A stretch of DNA of 64,000 nt from an uncultured Flavobacteriales bacterium. Lineage in GTDB: Bacteria; Bacteroidota; Bacteroidia; Flavobacteriales_F; PHOS-HE28. A program made the translations under genes and the position numbers. Under the pieces are notes generated by a model. It ran no database searches. It was given only the letters and a program-made list of their open reading frames with translations, and was not told the origin of the DNA. Shown here in pieces: positions 10,273-18,654 of the stretch. Location: NCBI GenBank assembly GCA_963706125.1, contig CAVPLQ010000004.1:841056-905055 (forward strand), read 5' to 3'. The first letter of the stretch is position 1; every line of letters begins with the position of its first letter.

Positions 10273-11232
10273 ATGTCCGGGAAGGTCGACCTTTCATCTT
10301 CACCGGCTATACTTGGGGAGGACCCGCGGCTACGGCGCAATGCGCTGCTGCTGCTGCACCTCACCGTGTTCATCTGGGGCTGGACGGGCATTCTAGGTAA
10401 GTGGATCGACCAAGGTGCATTGCAGATCGTCTACATCCGCTGCGCGATCGCCTGCATCGGGCTTTTTGTGGTGGCTCTTTGGATGAAACGGTCGCTCTCA
10501 CCGCGCACGCCGGACCTTGGCCGGTACCTATTGACAGGTCTGATCATTCTGGCGCACTGGGTCACCTTCTATCTGGCGATCAAGCGGGGCAGCGCCTCGG
10601 TGGCAGTGGCCTGCCTCAGCACCAGCACGTTCTTCACCGCGTTGATCACACCCTATTGGACGAAGCGGCGCATCAGCGGCTTCGAGCTGGCCTTGGGCGT
10701 GGTGATCGTGGCGGCGCTGCTGCTGATCTTCGGCTTGGAGACTGAATACCGCGAGGGCATCATCCTGGGCACCATCAGTGCCCTGCTGTCCGCGTGGTTC
10801 AATGTGGTGAACGGCAGACTTGTGCAGCGCGGCGACGCGATGTCCATCGGATTCTATGAAATGTTCGCGGCCATGGTGGTGCTGGGCCTGTGGCTGGCAT
10901 GGAGGGGCGAGCTCCCCGAGCCGATCTGGCGCATGCCAACGCACGACATTATCGGCCATTTGATCCTCGGCATCGTCTGTACCACATTCGCCTTCACCGC
11001 CGGCATCCACGTATTGAAGCAGCTCTCCCCGTTCACCGTGATCCTCACCGTGAACTTGGAGCCGGTCTATACCATCCTTATCGCATTGATGATCTGGCCG
11101 GAAAGTGAGCGTATGCACCCGGGCTCCTACATCGGCATCGCCTTGATCCTCGCGTGCATCTCGCTCAATGGCTGGCGGCAACGGCGCATGAACGTGAAAA
11201 TGATGAAGCCGCGGCCGATGGCGCAGGGGTGA
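10273..11232 (+). CDS. EamA/DMT family transporter
   Basis: About ten hydrophobic segments in a two-fold arrangement typical of DMT/EamA. I chose the start at ATG 10273 (MSGKVDLSS...), downstream of the upstream stop at 10228; the ORF-track start at 10120 overlaps the upstream gene. Confidence 0.7.
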   Translation: MSGKVDLSSSPAILGEDPRLRRNALLLLHLTVFIWGWTGILGKWIDQGALQIVYIRCAIACIGLFVVALWMKRSLSPRTPDLGRYLLTGLIILAHWVTFYLAIKRGSASVAVACLSTSTFFTALITPYWTKRRISGFELALGVVIVAALLLIFGLETEYREGIILGTISALLSAWFNVVNGRLVQRGDAMSIGFYEMFAAMVVLGLWLAWRGELPEPIWRMPTHDIIGHLILGIVCTTFAFTAGIHVLKQLSPFTVILTVNLEPVYTILIALMIWPESERMHPGSYIGIALILACISLNGWRQRRMNVKMMKPRPMAQG

Positions 11233-11238
11233 CTGAAA

Positions 11239-11344
11239 TGCCAGTAGGCAGTGGCAGTAGGCAGTTGGCAGATGGCAGACCGACTCTTGCCCCTGCCTAC
11301 TGCCGACTGCCTACTGCCGACTGCCGACTGCCGACTGCCTACTG
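11239..11344. repeat. Composite palindrome of iterated ggcagt(a/t)ggcag / ctgcc(t/g)actgcc words between convergent genes
   Basis: Left arm 11239-11277 is gccagtaggcagtggcagtaggcagttggcagatggcag. Right arm 11293-11344 is ctgcctactgccgactgcctactgccgactgccgactgccgactgcctactg. It fills almost the whole gap between the EamA stop (11232) and the stop of the minus-strand gene at 11352. It is a likely bidirectional terminator-type hairpin. Confidence 0.85.
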
Positions 11345-11351
11345 CGCCCTA

Positions 11352-12791
11352 TCACTTCGGATCCAAGCTGATCTGCTTGTCACCCGGCTTATAGTCCACG
11401 TAGTTCACGAAGAATTGCAGCATCTCGTCGGTGGTGCGCATGTTGCCGGTGAGCGGTTCGCGTGCCATGCGGGGCGGATCATAGGGGTTGTTGCGATTGG
11501 CCGCAGTGTTGTCGAACGTGGCGACGACCTGGATCACCGAACCCTTCGGCACGTGCAGCATGTGCGTGAAGGTGTATGCGAACTGCCAGCGGAAATCCCA
11601 GTCGTTGATGCGGATGAGAGGAATGGTGTCGTTGCGCGGGGTAACGGCATAGGCCAGGAAGTGCTTACCCAACAGGTGCATGTGCGGGTTGATGGTGAGC
11701 ACGCTGATGTCCTTGGCCACGGTGTAGCTGGACCGGAAGGTCATCACGGTGTCCTGGGGAATGATGAGCGGCGGGACGATCGGGCTCATGCCGAGGGTGC
11801 CAAGCGCCAGTTCGTGCATCGGTCGTCCGGGCGGTGTGCTGGTGAACCACAGGTTGAAGCGGGATCTGTCGATAGTATCCCGCATGGACGGACCGTAGTG
11901 AAGGTTGTTCATGAGTAACGCTCCCTTGCGTGGAATGCGATACCCCCCGATGCCGGGCGGATAGATCGGCGGCGCAAGGCCCGGCAGGTAATTCACCATG
12001 TTGGGCGTGAGCGCGGGCCAGGTGCCATCGTCGTTCTGAAGGTGCAGTTCTGCGAAAGCGTTCAGGCTCTTGGTGCTGTCCGCGTCGATGTAGACCGCAC
12101 CCTCGAACACGTCCTTCTTGGCGCCTTCCGCATAAGAGATCATCGCCCCGTTCATGTGGTGGATGCCTTGCATGTTGCCCGGCACAAACTCCACGCCGCT
12201 GAGGAAGGTGTCGCGAGGCAGCTCGAAAGGTGCTTTGGCGATCATGAAGCGGTCCCGGTTGTCGCCTGGAATGTCGAACGTGTCCGGCAGCCACACTACG
12301 GCGTCCGGTTTTCCCGTCCCGGCGGACATGCCCATCAAGGCACCCTCCGGGAAGACCGGCATGGGCGGCAGGTGCACGGTATCACCGACGAGGCCGCCCT
12401 GGTCCACCCATTTCACGATCGTTGCGATCTGCCGGGCATTGAGCGCACGGGTTCCGAGGAAGGTGCTGTACGCGGTGTCCGCAGGCCATGGCGGCATCCA
12501 GCGGTGGATCACCATCTTGCGGATGGTCTTTGCCTTGCGCCGGATCTCGTGATAGCTCACCAACGGAAAAGGTCCGGCCTGTCCTTCGCGATGGCAGGGC
12601 ATACAGTTGGCCCGGATGATCGGCGCCACCTCGGCGAAGGTCACCGTATCCGGCAAGCCTTGCACCACCGGGAGGTCCGCATCCACATCGTGATCTTTCC
12701 CAGTGACTCCACACGCGGTCATGGCCGCCACAAGCACCACACCGAACATAGCCAGACCGATCGTTCGTGCAGATAAGCTCACGCACATCAC
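11352..12791 (-). CDS. Haem-c (CxxCH) domain fused to a PHM/DBH-like copper type II monooxygenase-like domain; lipoprotein-like N-terminus
   Basis: N-terminus ...VLVAAMTACG (lipobox-like). Haem-c motif ANCMPCHREGQAGPF with RWMPPWPAD. Downstream histidine and methionine motifs appear in the order expected for the CuH/CuM sites of peptidylglycine monooxygenase: GIHHMNG, NNLHYGPS, INPHMHLLGK, RTTDEMLQFF. Confidence 0.6.
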   Translation of the reverse strand: MMCVSLSARTIGLAMFGVVLVAAMTACGVTGKDHDVDADLPVVQGLPDTVTFAEVAPIIRANCMPCHREGQAGPFPLVSYHEIRRKAKTIRKMVIHRWMPPWPADTAYSTFLGTRALNARQIATIVKWVDQGGLVGDTVHLPPMPVFPEGALMGMSAGTGKPDAVVWLPDTFDIPGDNRDRFMIAKAPFELPRDTFLSGVEFVPGNMQGIHHMNGAMISYAEGAKKDVFEGAVYIDADSTKSLNAFAELHLQNDDGTWPALTPNMVNYLPGLAPPIYPPGIGGYRIPRKGALLMNNLHYGPSMRDTIDRSRFNLWFTSTPPGRPMHELALGTLGMSPIVPPLIIPQDTVMTFRSSYTVAKDISVLTINPHMHLLGKHFLAYAVTPRNDTIPLIRINDWDFRWQFAYTFTHMLHVPKGSVIQVVATFDNTAANRNNPYDPPRMAREPLTGNMRTTDEMLQFFVNYVDYKPGDKQISLDPK

Positions 12792-13381
12792 TCTTCACAT
12801 TCCACGATGCAGCCCACGGCAGCCACCTCCGCTTGCGGCTCGCCAGTTGCCAGAAAGGCATTGATCGCATCAGCGAGGTAATGTTTCTGCGCCTCGTATT
12901 TCTTGCGTCCTTGCCGAATGGCCCGGTCATCATAAGCACCGCGGTAAACCACCGTCCCCTGCGCGTCGGTGAGGAAACATTCCGGGGTCACCCGGGCCTG
13001 CAACGCAAGGGATAGCACGCATCCATTATCCATCAACTGCGGGAAATCGAAGCCTGCATTCGCCGAGAACGTGGCCGCCTCTTGCTGCTCCATGAACGGC
13101 CCCGCGTACACCCCTACTACCTTCACGCCTTGTGTAGCATACTTCTCTGAGATCCCTTCGAAAGCTTGCGTGTAAAGCTGGCAGAACGGGCACTCAGGAT
13201 CCAAGGTGATGAAGACCGTGGCCGTCTTTCCCATCAAGGAACTCAACACGACCTCTTCCCCCTGTGCGTTGGTCCAAGAGCGGTCCGCAACGGAGGCCAC
13301 ACTGGCGGGCCGAGGGTTGCAACCTGCCAGCACGATCAACATCAACGCAAGTGCGCTGCGTGCGATCCGTGATACGAGCAT
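12788..13381 (-). CDS. TlpA/redoxin-family thiol-disulfide oxidoreductase (lipoprotein)
   Basis: N-terminus ...MLIVLAGCNP (lipobox). Thioredoxin-fold active site FITLDPECPFCQ (CxxC). Its stop overlaps the start of the downstream cytochrome/monooxygenase-like gene (ATGA). Confidence 0.8.
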   Translation of the reverse strand: MLVSRIARSALALMLIVLAGCNPRPASVASVADRSWTNAQGEEVVLSSLMGKTATVFITLDPECPFCQLYTQAFEGISEKYATQGVKVVGVYAGPFMEQQEAATFSANAGFDFPQLMDNGCVLSLALQARVTPECFLTDAQGTVVYRGAYDDRAIRQGRKKYEAQKHYLADAINAFLATGEPQAEVAAVGCIVECEE

Positions 13382-13447
13382 GGTACAAAGCTATGGCCCG
13401 CATGAAGGATCATCAGGACAGCGCACGGAAAACCCGGTCCGTCGCTC

Positions 13448-14773
13448 CTATTCACTCCCTTGCGACAACCGAGTCCTGCGCCCGCCACGTTCCTCCTTGG
13501 TATCCTTGGGCACGTCCTTCATCTGCTTCAACCAGGTCACCTCCTTTTCGGAAAGATGGCGCCACTTGCCACGGCCCACGTCCTTCTTGGTAAGGCCTGC
13601 GAACATCACGCGGTCGAGCTTCACCACTTCGGCCCCGAGCGCTTGGAACATGCGGCGCACGATGCGGTTGCGGCCCATGTGGATCATCAGGCCCACCTCG
13701 CGCTTGGTAGCACCCACGAAGCTCGCTTCGTCGGCGTTCGCGGGACCGTCATCCAGATGGACCCCATCAACGAGCTTATGTAGCTCGTCCACGGTCAATG
13801 CGCGGTCCAGTGTGGCATGGTAGAGCTTTTGCGCACCGTGGCTCGGGTGCGTCAGCTTCTTAGCGAGGTCGCCATCGTTGGTGAGCAGCAGCACGCCGGT
13901 GGTGTTGCGGTCCAAGCGTCCCACGGGATAAAGCCGTTCGGGGCCGGCCTTCGCGATCAAGGACATCACCGTGTGACGCTCCTGCGGATCGTCGGTGGTG
14001 GTGATGGTGTCCTTGGGCTTGTTCAACAGGACATATCGCTTCTGCTCCACGCTCAGCTTCTGCCCGCCAAAGTGAACAATGTCCTCCGGTTTCACCTTGG
14101 TGCCCAACTCGGTCACTATTTTTCCGTTCACGGTGACCACGCCGGTGGTGATCAGTTGGTCGGCCTCGCGGCGGCTGCCCACACCGGCCTGGGCCAGGTA
14201 CTTGTTCAGCCGGATCAGCCCGTCATTGGCCGGGTTCGGCAGGCTGAAGCGGTTGCTGCGTTCCCCTCTGCGGAAAGGGCGTCGCGTCAAGGGGTCGCCC
14301 TCGCGGAAAGTGCGCTCGTCCTGGCTCTGCGTCTTCCACGGCTTTGGCGGCCGGCTCTTGGCATGGCCCGGTCCGGTGGAACGCGGTCCAACTGTACGGT
14401 CATCGCGGCGAGGGCCTTTTGGTCCTGAGGAACGTTCATCCCGGCGCGGGCCTCCGGAGTCGCGGCGGGGGCCTTTTGGCCCTGAGGAACGTTCATCCCT
14501 GCGAGGGCCTCTTGCACCGGCATCACGGCGAGGTCCTTTCGGCCCGGCTGCGCTGCGAGGGCCGGCGCTTCTTCCTTCGCCATCACCTCCGCGCTCGTCA
14601 CGGTCACGGGCGGGGCCTTTCGACCGGCCACGTGCGGGGCTTTCATCCCGGCCCGGCCGTGAAGGCCGTTCACCGCTCTTCCGGGGCTTGCCGGTTCCTT
14701 TGGGGCCAGGGCCCTTGCTTCCCCGTGCGGGGCGCTCGCCTCTCGGGGAACGGTCGTTGGTGCGCTTGCTCAT
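13448..14773 (-). CDS. rluB: 23S rRNA pseudouridine synthase RluB-type (RsuA family) with a roughly 190-aa Arg/Gly/Pro-rich N-terminal extension
   Basis: S4 domain IRLNKYLAQAGVGSRREADQLITTGVVTVNGKIV. Catalytic motif GRLDRNTTGVLLLTNDGDLAKKL. The N-terminal extension is MSKRTNDRSPRGERPARGSKGPGPKG... Confidence 0.88.
   Translation of the reverse strand: MSKRTNDRSPRGERPARGSKGPGPKGTGKPRKSGERPSRPGRDESPARGRSKGPARDRDERGGDGEGRSAGPRSAAGPKGPRRDAGARGPRRDERSSGPKGPRRDSGGPRRDERSSGPKGPRRDDRTVGPRSTGPGHAKSRPPKPWKTQSQDERTFREGDPLTRRPFRRGERSNRFSLPNPANDGLIRLNKYLAQAGVGSRREADQLITTGVVTVNGKIVTELGTKVKPEDIVHFGGQKLSVEQKRYVLLNKPKDTITTTDDPQERHTVMSLIAKAGPERLYPVGRLDRNTTGVLLLTNDGDLAKKLTHPSHGAQKLYHATLDRALTVDELHKLVDGVHLDDGPANADEASFVGATKREVGLMIHMGRNRIVRRMFQALGAEVVKLDRVMFAGLTKKDVGRGKWRHLSEKEVTWLKQMKDVPKDTKEERGGRRTRLSQGSE
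14404..14545 (-). repeat. In-frame 57-bp tandem repeat (about 2.5 copies) inside the rluB N-terminal extension
   Basis: Plus-strand units cgcggcgagggccttttggtcctgaggaacgttcatccc (from 14404) and cgcggcgggggccttttggccctgaggaacgttcatccc (from 14461) are 57 nt apart (19 codons). They encode repeated RRDERSSGPKGPRRD. A degenerate third copy starts near 14521. Confidence 0.8.
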
Positions 14774-15132
14774 AACGTGGGGTAAAAGGCGTCGGGGATG
14801 TGCAGGACCTCAGGCCCTGCGGGCGTATGTGTGATGCTGACCACGTCGAAGCGCAGTTCCAGTTCTCCAGGAATGGTGTGTACAAGTTCGGTGGCTGCGC
14901 GCATCAGATGGCTTCGTTTGGCCGGGCCCACGGACAGCTCCGGATCGCCCCATCGTGCAGTACTGCGGGTCTTCACCTCCACCACCACGAGAAAATCACC
15001 GTCACGGGCAACAATATCGATCTCATCGCGGCCATGGCGCCAGTTGCGGTGCAGGATGGAAAAGCCCTTGGCCTCCAGCCATTGGCATGCCAATTGCTCC
15101 CCCTGTTCGCCTGTGCGGTTGTGATCAGCCAT
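14770..15132 (-). CDS. yraN: YraN family (UPF0102) endonuclease-like protein
   Basis: GEQGEQLACQWLEAKGFSILHRNWRHGRDEIDIVARDGDFLVVVEVKTR is the canonical YraN core. I preferred the start at ATG 15132 (MADHN...) over 15165. The stop overlaps the rluB start (ATGA). Confidence 0.85.
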   Translation of the reverse strand: MADHNRTGEQGEQLACQWLEAKGFSILHRNWRHGRDEIDIVARDGDFLVVVEVKTRSTARWGDPELSVGPAKRSHLMRAATELVHTIPGELELRFDVVSITHTPAGPEVLHIPDAFYPTL

Positions 15133-15235
15133 GGAACCAACGTTGTGTTGTGCGTAACCCCGCATGGGCCTGCCCCGTTGGAAGGGTCAAAGTTCAGCAT
15201 CTTTCGCCGTCAGGCACCGATAGAAAAATATACAC

Positions 15236-15877
15236 ATGCGTCGATCACTCCGCTACCTTGCCATTACCGGCACTATGCTGGCCGCCACGGCCGCCATCCA
15301 AGCCCAAAGTTTCGAGGGCACCATCGAGTTCACCAAGACGACCGGGCCGGTGGTCACCAACTACAAATACTACATCAAGGGCGACCATGTGCGGATCGAG
15401 GAGCTCAGCTCCCGCAGCGCCGTGCAGGGCATCATGCTTGTGGACAACCACGACAAGACCGTGACGGCCTTGAGCCCGGACCGCAAGCTCTACATGGACG
15501 TGCCCAACATGCGCCTGCCCAAGGAAGTGAAAGCGGATGTAAAAAAGACCGGAGAGATGAAGGACATGGCCGGCTACAAGTGTGAAAAATGGGTGGTAAA
15601 AAGCCCCTCCGAAGACCGTATGCTCACCTATTGGGTGGCGCAGGACGCCTTCGATTTCTTCGTCCCCATGCTGGAAACGCTCAATCGCAAGGACGAGCAG
15701 GCTCTGTTCTTCCTGAAGATCGACGGTGCGAAGGGCGTGTTCCCCATGCTGGGTCTGGAACAGAAAATGGACGGCAGTGAAGTGAGCCGCCTGGAAGTGA
15801 CCAAAGTTGCACGCAGCCCCCAAAAGGCCGACCAGTTCGAGATCCCCGCAGGGTTCACGAAGTTCGAGCGCAACTGA
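15236..15877 (+). CDS. DUF4412-like secreted protein
   Basis: Signal peptide MRRSLRYLAITGTMLAATAAIQAQ followed by SFEGTIEFTKTTG...KYYIKGDHVRIE, the usual opening of DUF4412 proteins. Confidence 0.6.
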   Translation: MRRSLRYLAITGTMLAATAAIQAQSFEGTIEFTKTTGPVVTNYKYYIKGDHVRIEELSSRSAVQGIMLVDNHDKTVTALSPDRKLYMDVPNMRLPKEVKADVKKTGEMKDMAGYKCEKWVVKSPSEDRMLTYWVAQDAFDFFVPMLETLNRKDEQALFFLKIDGAKGVFPMLGLEQKMDGSEVSRLEVTKVARSPQKADQFEIPAGFTKFERN

Positions 15878-15918
15878 TCTGATCGTGCGCCTTCCGGATA
15901 CAGCGCACCAAGCCCTTG

Positions 15919-16863
15919 CTAACTTTTCACGAAGCTCAGCGTGGCCCCTTCGGTGGTCACGCTGAGCTTCACGTTTTGGCCCAAGGCCAGCGCCCGGTTG
16001 TCGGTGATATGCCCGGCCGGGAAATTGTAACAGACCGGATACCCTTTGTCCTGCACCGCCGTTGCGAAAATGGCCTCTGCTGTCAGCCCGAAGGGGTCGG
16101 CGGGGTTCTTGTCGTGCATGTCCGTCATAGTGCCCAGCACTAGTCCCGCGCAATTCTCGAAGAGGCCGCCCAGCTTGAGGTTCATCACCATGCGGTCCAC
16201 GTGGTAAAGCAGTTCGTCGAGGTCTTCGATAAAGAGGACCTTGCCCGTGGTGTCAAGGTCGTAGGGCGTGCCTCGGAGGGCATAGAGGATGGACAGGTTC
16301 CCTCCCACAAGCTGACCTTCGCAGGTGCCCAAGCGGTCTGTCGGCATACCGTCCCGTTGGTCGTATGGTGGCCTACTGATGGCCTGAGGCGTGCCGAACA
16401 GGGCCGCTTTCAACGAATCCACGCTCTCAGGGGTCTTGCCGGTAATGTTGAACGGCATCTGCGCATGAAGGGAGCATGCACCAAGGTTGTGTAACGCGGA
16501 GTGCAGCACGGTGACATCGCTGAAGCCGACGATCCATTTCGGCCGCTTCAACAGCACGGAAAGGTCCAGCAGCTCCAGCAGGTGGACGGTCCCGTATCCG
16601 CCACGTGCGCACCAGATCGCTTTCACCGCATCATCGTCCAAGGCGGCTTGCAGGTCGGCCGCTCGTTCCTCCGCTGTGCCCGCCTGCTGGAACCGCTTTG
16701 TGCCCACCCCGGCCCCAAGGCTCACCTTCAGGCCCCAGCTTTCCGCCAGGGCGATGCCTGCCTGAAGTTCCTCGCTTGTGATGGCACGGGCCGTGGGGAT
16801 GATGGCGATGGTGTCGCCGTGACGGAGCGGTGGTGGAATGATCATGCTGCGAAGGTCGTGCAT
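15919..16863 (-). CDS. ldcA: LD-carboxypeptidase (peptidase S66, LdcA-like)
   Basis: DTIAIIPTA..., the nucleophile motif GFSDVTVLH and the C-terminal FPAGHITDNRAL His motif fit S66 muramoyltetrapeptide carboxypeptidases. Confidence 0.82.
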   Translation of the reverse strand: MHDLRSMIIPPPLRHGDTIAIIPTARAITSEELQAGIALAESWGLKVSLGAGVGTKRFQQAGTAEERAADLQAALDDDAVKAIWCARGGYGTVHLLELLDLSVLLKRPKWIVGFSDVTVLHSALHNLGACSLHAQMPFNITGKTPESVDSLKAALFGTPQAISRPPYDQRDGMPTDRLGTCEGQLVGGNLSILYALRGTPYDLDTTGKVLFIEDLDELLYHVDRMVMNLKLGGLFENCAGLVLGTMTDMHDKNPADPFGLTAEAIFATAVQDKGYPVCYNFPAGHITDNRALALGQNVKLSVTTEGATLSFVKS

Positions 16864-17038
16864 GACGGACAGGTCCCTCCTTTCCCACGGGGTTCAGCAG
16901 GTGAAAACAGCTTGTAGGGTATCACGATCACCCCAAATGGATCAGCATTTCCAGTGCCGGCCCAGACCTTTGCCGTACCTTCCAACCACGATCGGGCAAC
17001 TTTTCGGCCCGTTATCGCATCATAGCAAAAGCAAGGTC

Positions 17039-17584
17039 ATGACGGATGAGCAATTGGTAGCCGGCTGCCTCAAGGGGGATCCGATCGCCCAAAAGGCGCT
17101 TTACCAGACCTATGCCGGAAAAATGATGAGCATTTGCATGCGCTACGCCCCCGACCGTGAACAGGCACAGGACATCCTCCAAGATGGCTTTGTGAAGGTG
17201 TTCCAGAAGATCGGGCACTTCCGTGCGGACGGCCCCTTGGGCGGGTGGATCGCGCGGACGATGGTGAACACCGCACTGGACCAGATCCGCCGGAACAAGC
17301 CTTTCGACCACAGTCTGGACCTTACCGAGGCCGAGCACCTGCATGCCACGGATGAACAGGCCGTGAGCGCCATGAGCACCGCCGAGCTGATCGCGTTGAT
17401 CCAGGAGTTGCCCACGGGCTATCGCACGGTCTTCAACCTCTTCGTGATCGAAGGCTACCCGCACAAGGATATCGGGGAGATGCTCGGGATCTCGGAGAAC
17501 ACCTCCAAGTCACAATTTATGAAGGCGCGGGCTTACCTGCGCAAACTGCTGCCGAAGGAAACGGCGGACATGTACGGACACTGA
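17039..17584 (+). CDS. RNA polymerase ECF-type sigma-70 factor
   Basis: Start ATG 17039 (MTDEQLVAGCLKGDPIAQKALY). Region 2: DILQDGFVKVFQKIGHFRADGPLGGWIARTMVNTALDQIRR. Region 4: LPTGYRTVFNLFVIEGYPHKDIGEMLGISENTSKSQFMKARAYLRKLL. Confidence 0.9.
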   Translation: MTDEQLVAGCLKGDPIAQKALYQTYAGKMMSICMRYAPDREQAQDILQDGFVKVFQKIGHFRADGPLGGWIARTMVNTALDQIRRNKPFDHSLDLTEAEHLHATDEQAVSAMSTAELIALIQELPTGYRTVFNLFVIEGYPHKDIGEMLGISENTSKSQFMKARAYLRKLLPKETADMYGH

Positions 17585-17588
17585 ACAC

Positions 17589-18650
17589 ATGGGCGATCAA
17601 CTTACAGACCTGCTCCGCGAGCGCTTCACCGGCCACGAAATGAACGTGCCGCCGGGCGCATGGGAGCATGTGAGCGGGCAATTGGCCGCAAACGCGAGCG
17701 GGGAAAGCCTCCGTGAAGGCCTCCAGGACAAGTTCCGGGGGCACGTGGTGGAAGTGGACCCATCCGCCTGGGCGTACATCAGCGGGCAATTGGGCCATGG
17801 GGCCGCCGCAGGTACCTCCTTCAGCACCGGTTGGATCGCCGCCGGGGTGGCAGCCGTGGCCGTTACCGCGACAGTTTTGCTCTGGAACAGCGGCAATACG
17901 GAACAGAAAGCGGCCGTTCCCGCGAAGGCCCCAATTGAGATCGCCGAGGTGCCCACACCGGTGAGCGCCCCTGCAACGACCCTTCCGATACTTCCGGAAC
18001 CGGAACCTGTGCACAAGGAAAAGTCGGACCGCCCAGTTGCGGTGAAAGCCATAACACCGGTGCCCCATCAGGAAGAGCAACCAGTGACACCTGTGCCCCT
18101 TCCAGCGCCCAAGCCGGTGTTGGTGGAAGTCCTGGATAAGAACCCAACCACGAACAGCGCCCCGGCACCGGATCAAAAGCCTGTGACCGTGCAGCCGAAA
18201 GCGACCGCTCCCGTGAACCAGGCCCCGGAACAGGAGGCCGCGCCGGATACGAACGCAGGAACCGACAACCCGGAAGCACGTCCGGATGACGACCAGTCAG
18301 GCACATCCTCTACAGCGTCCGCTCCGGAAGGAGATCGACCGGAGGACGATCCTTTCCAGACCGCCGCGACCAGCGACATCTTCATCCCCAACGTGTTCAG
18401 CCCACAAGGTGACGGGGTGAACGACAAACTGGAGATCGTTGCCGTCGATCATGAAAAAGTGGACGTGCGGATCTTTGCCGCAAAAGGAGGGGCACTGATC
18501 TTCCGGTCCAACAACCTCTCGAACATGTGGGACGGCCGCTTGCCCAACGGCAACATCGCCGAAGAAGGGTATTATAAATGTGTAGTAATGATGACCGATG
18601 CCGATGGACGCCCCCGTGTAAAGAGCGAGGTGGTCCGCCTATTCCGATAA
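17589..18650 (+). CDS. Anti-sigma-like single-pass membrane protein ending in a T9SS type-B (gliding-motility / CHU_C) C-terminal domain
   Basis: It begins 4 nt after the sigma stop and has no signal peptide. It carries a duplicated motif (FTGHEMNVPPGAWEHVSGQL and FRGHVVEVDPSAWAYISGQL), one TM (WIAAGVAAVAVTATVLLW) and a Pro/Ala/Thr-rich linker. The C-terminus reads IFIPNVFSPQGDGVNDKLEIV...GYYKCVVMMTDADGRPRVKSEVVRLFR. Confidence 0.7.
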   Translation: MGDQLTDLLRERFTGHEMNVPPGAWEHVSGQLAANASGESLREGLQDKFRGHVVEVDPSAWAYISGQLGHGAAAGTSFSTGWIAAGVAAVAVTATVLLWNSGNTEQKAAVPAKAPIEIAEVPTPVSAPATTLPILPEPEPVHKEKSDRPVAVKAITPVPHQEEQPVTPVPLPAPKPVLVEVLDKNPTTNSAPAPDQKPVTVQPKATAPVNQAPEQEAAPDTNAGTDNPEARPDDDQSGTSSTASAPEGDRPEDDPFQTAATSDIFIPNVFSPQGDGVNDKLEIVAVDHEKVDVRIFAAKGGALIFRSNNLSNMWDGRLPNGNIAEEGYYKCVVMMTDADGRPRVKSEVVRLFR

Positions 18651-18654
18651 CCCG

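Noticed and set aside
11239-11344. Possible CRISPR array, suggested by the regular 12-nt ctgccgactgcc repeats.
   Set aside because: The repeat units are contiguous with no spacers and are far shorter than CRISPR repeats. The two halves are mutually complementary (a palindrome), and no cas genes are present.
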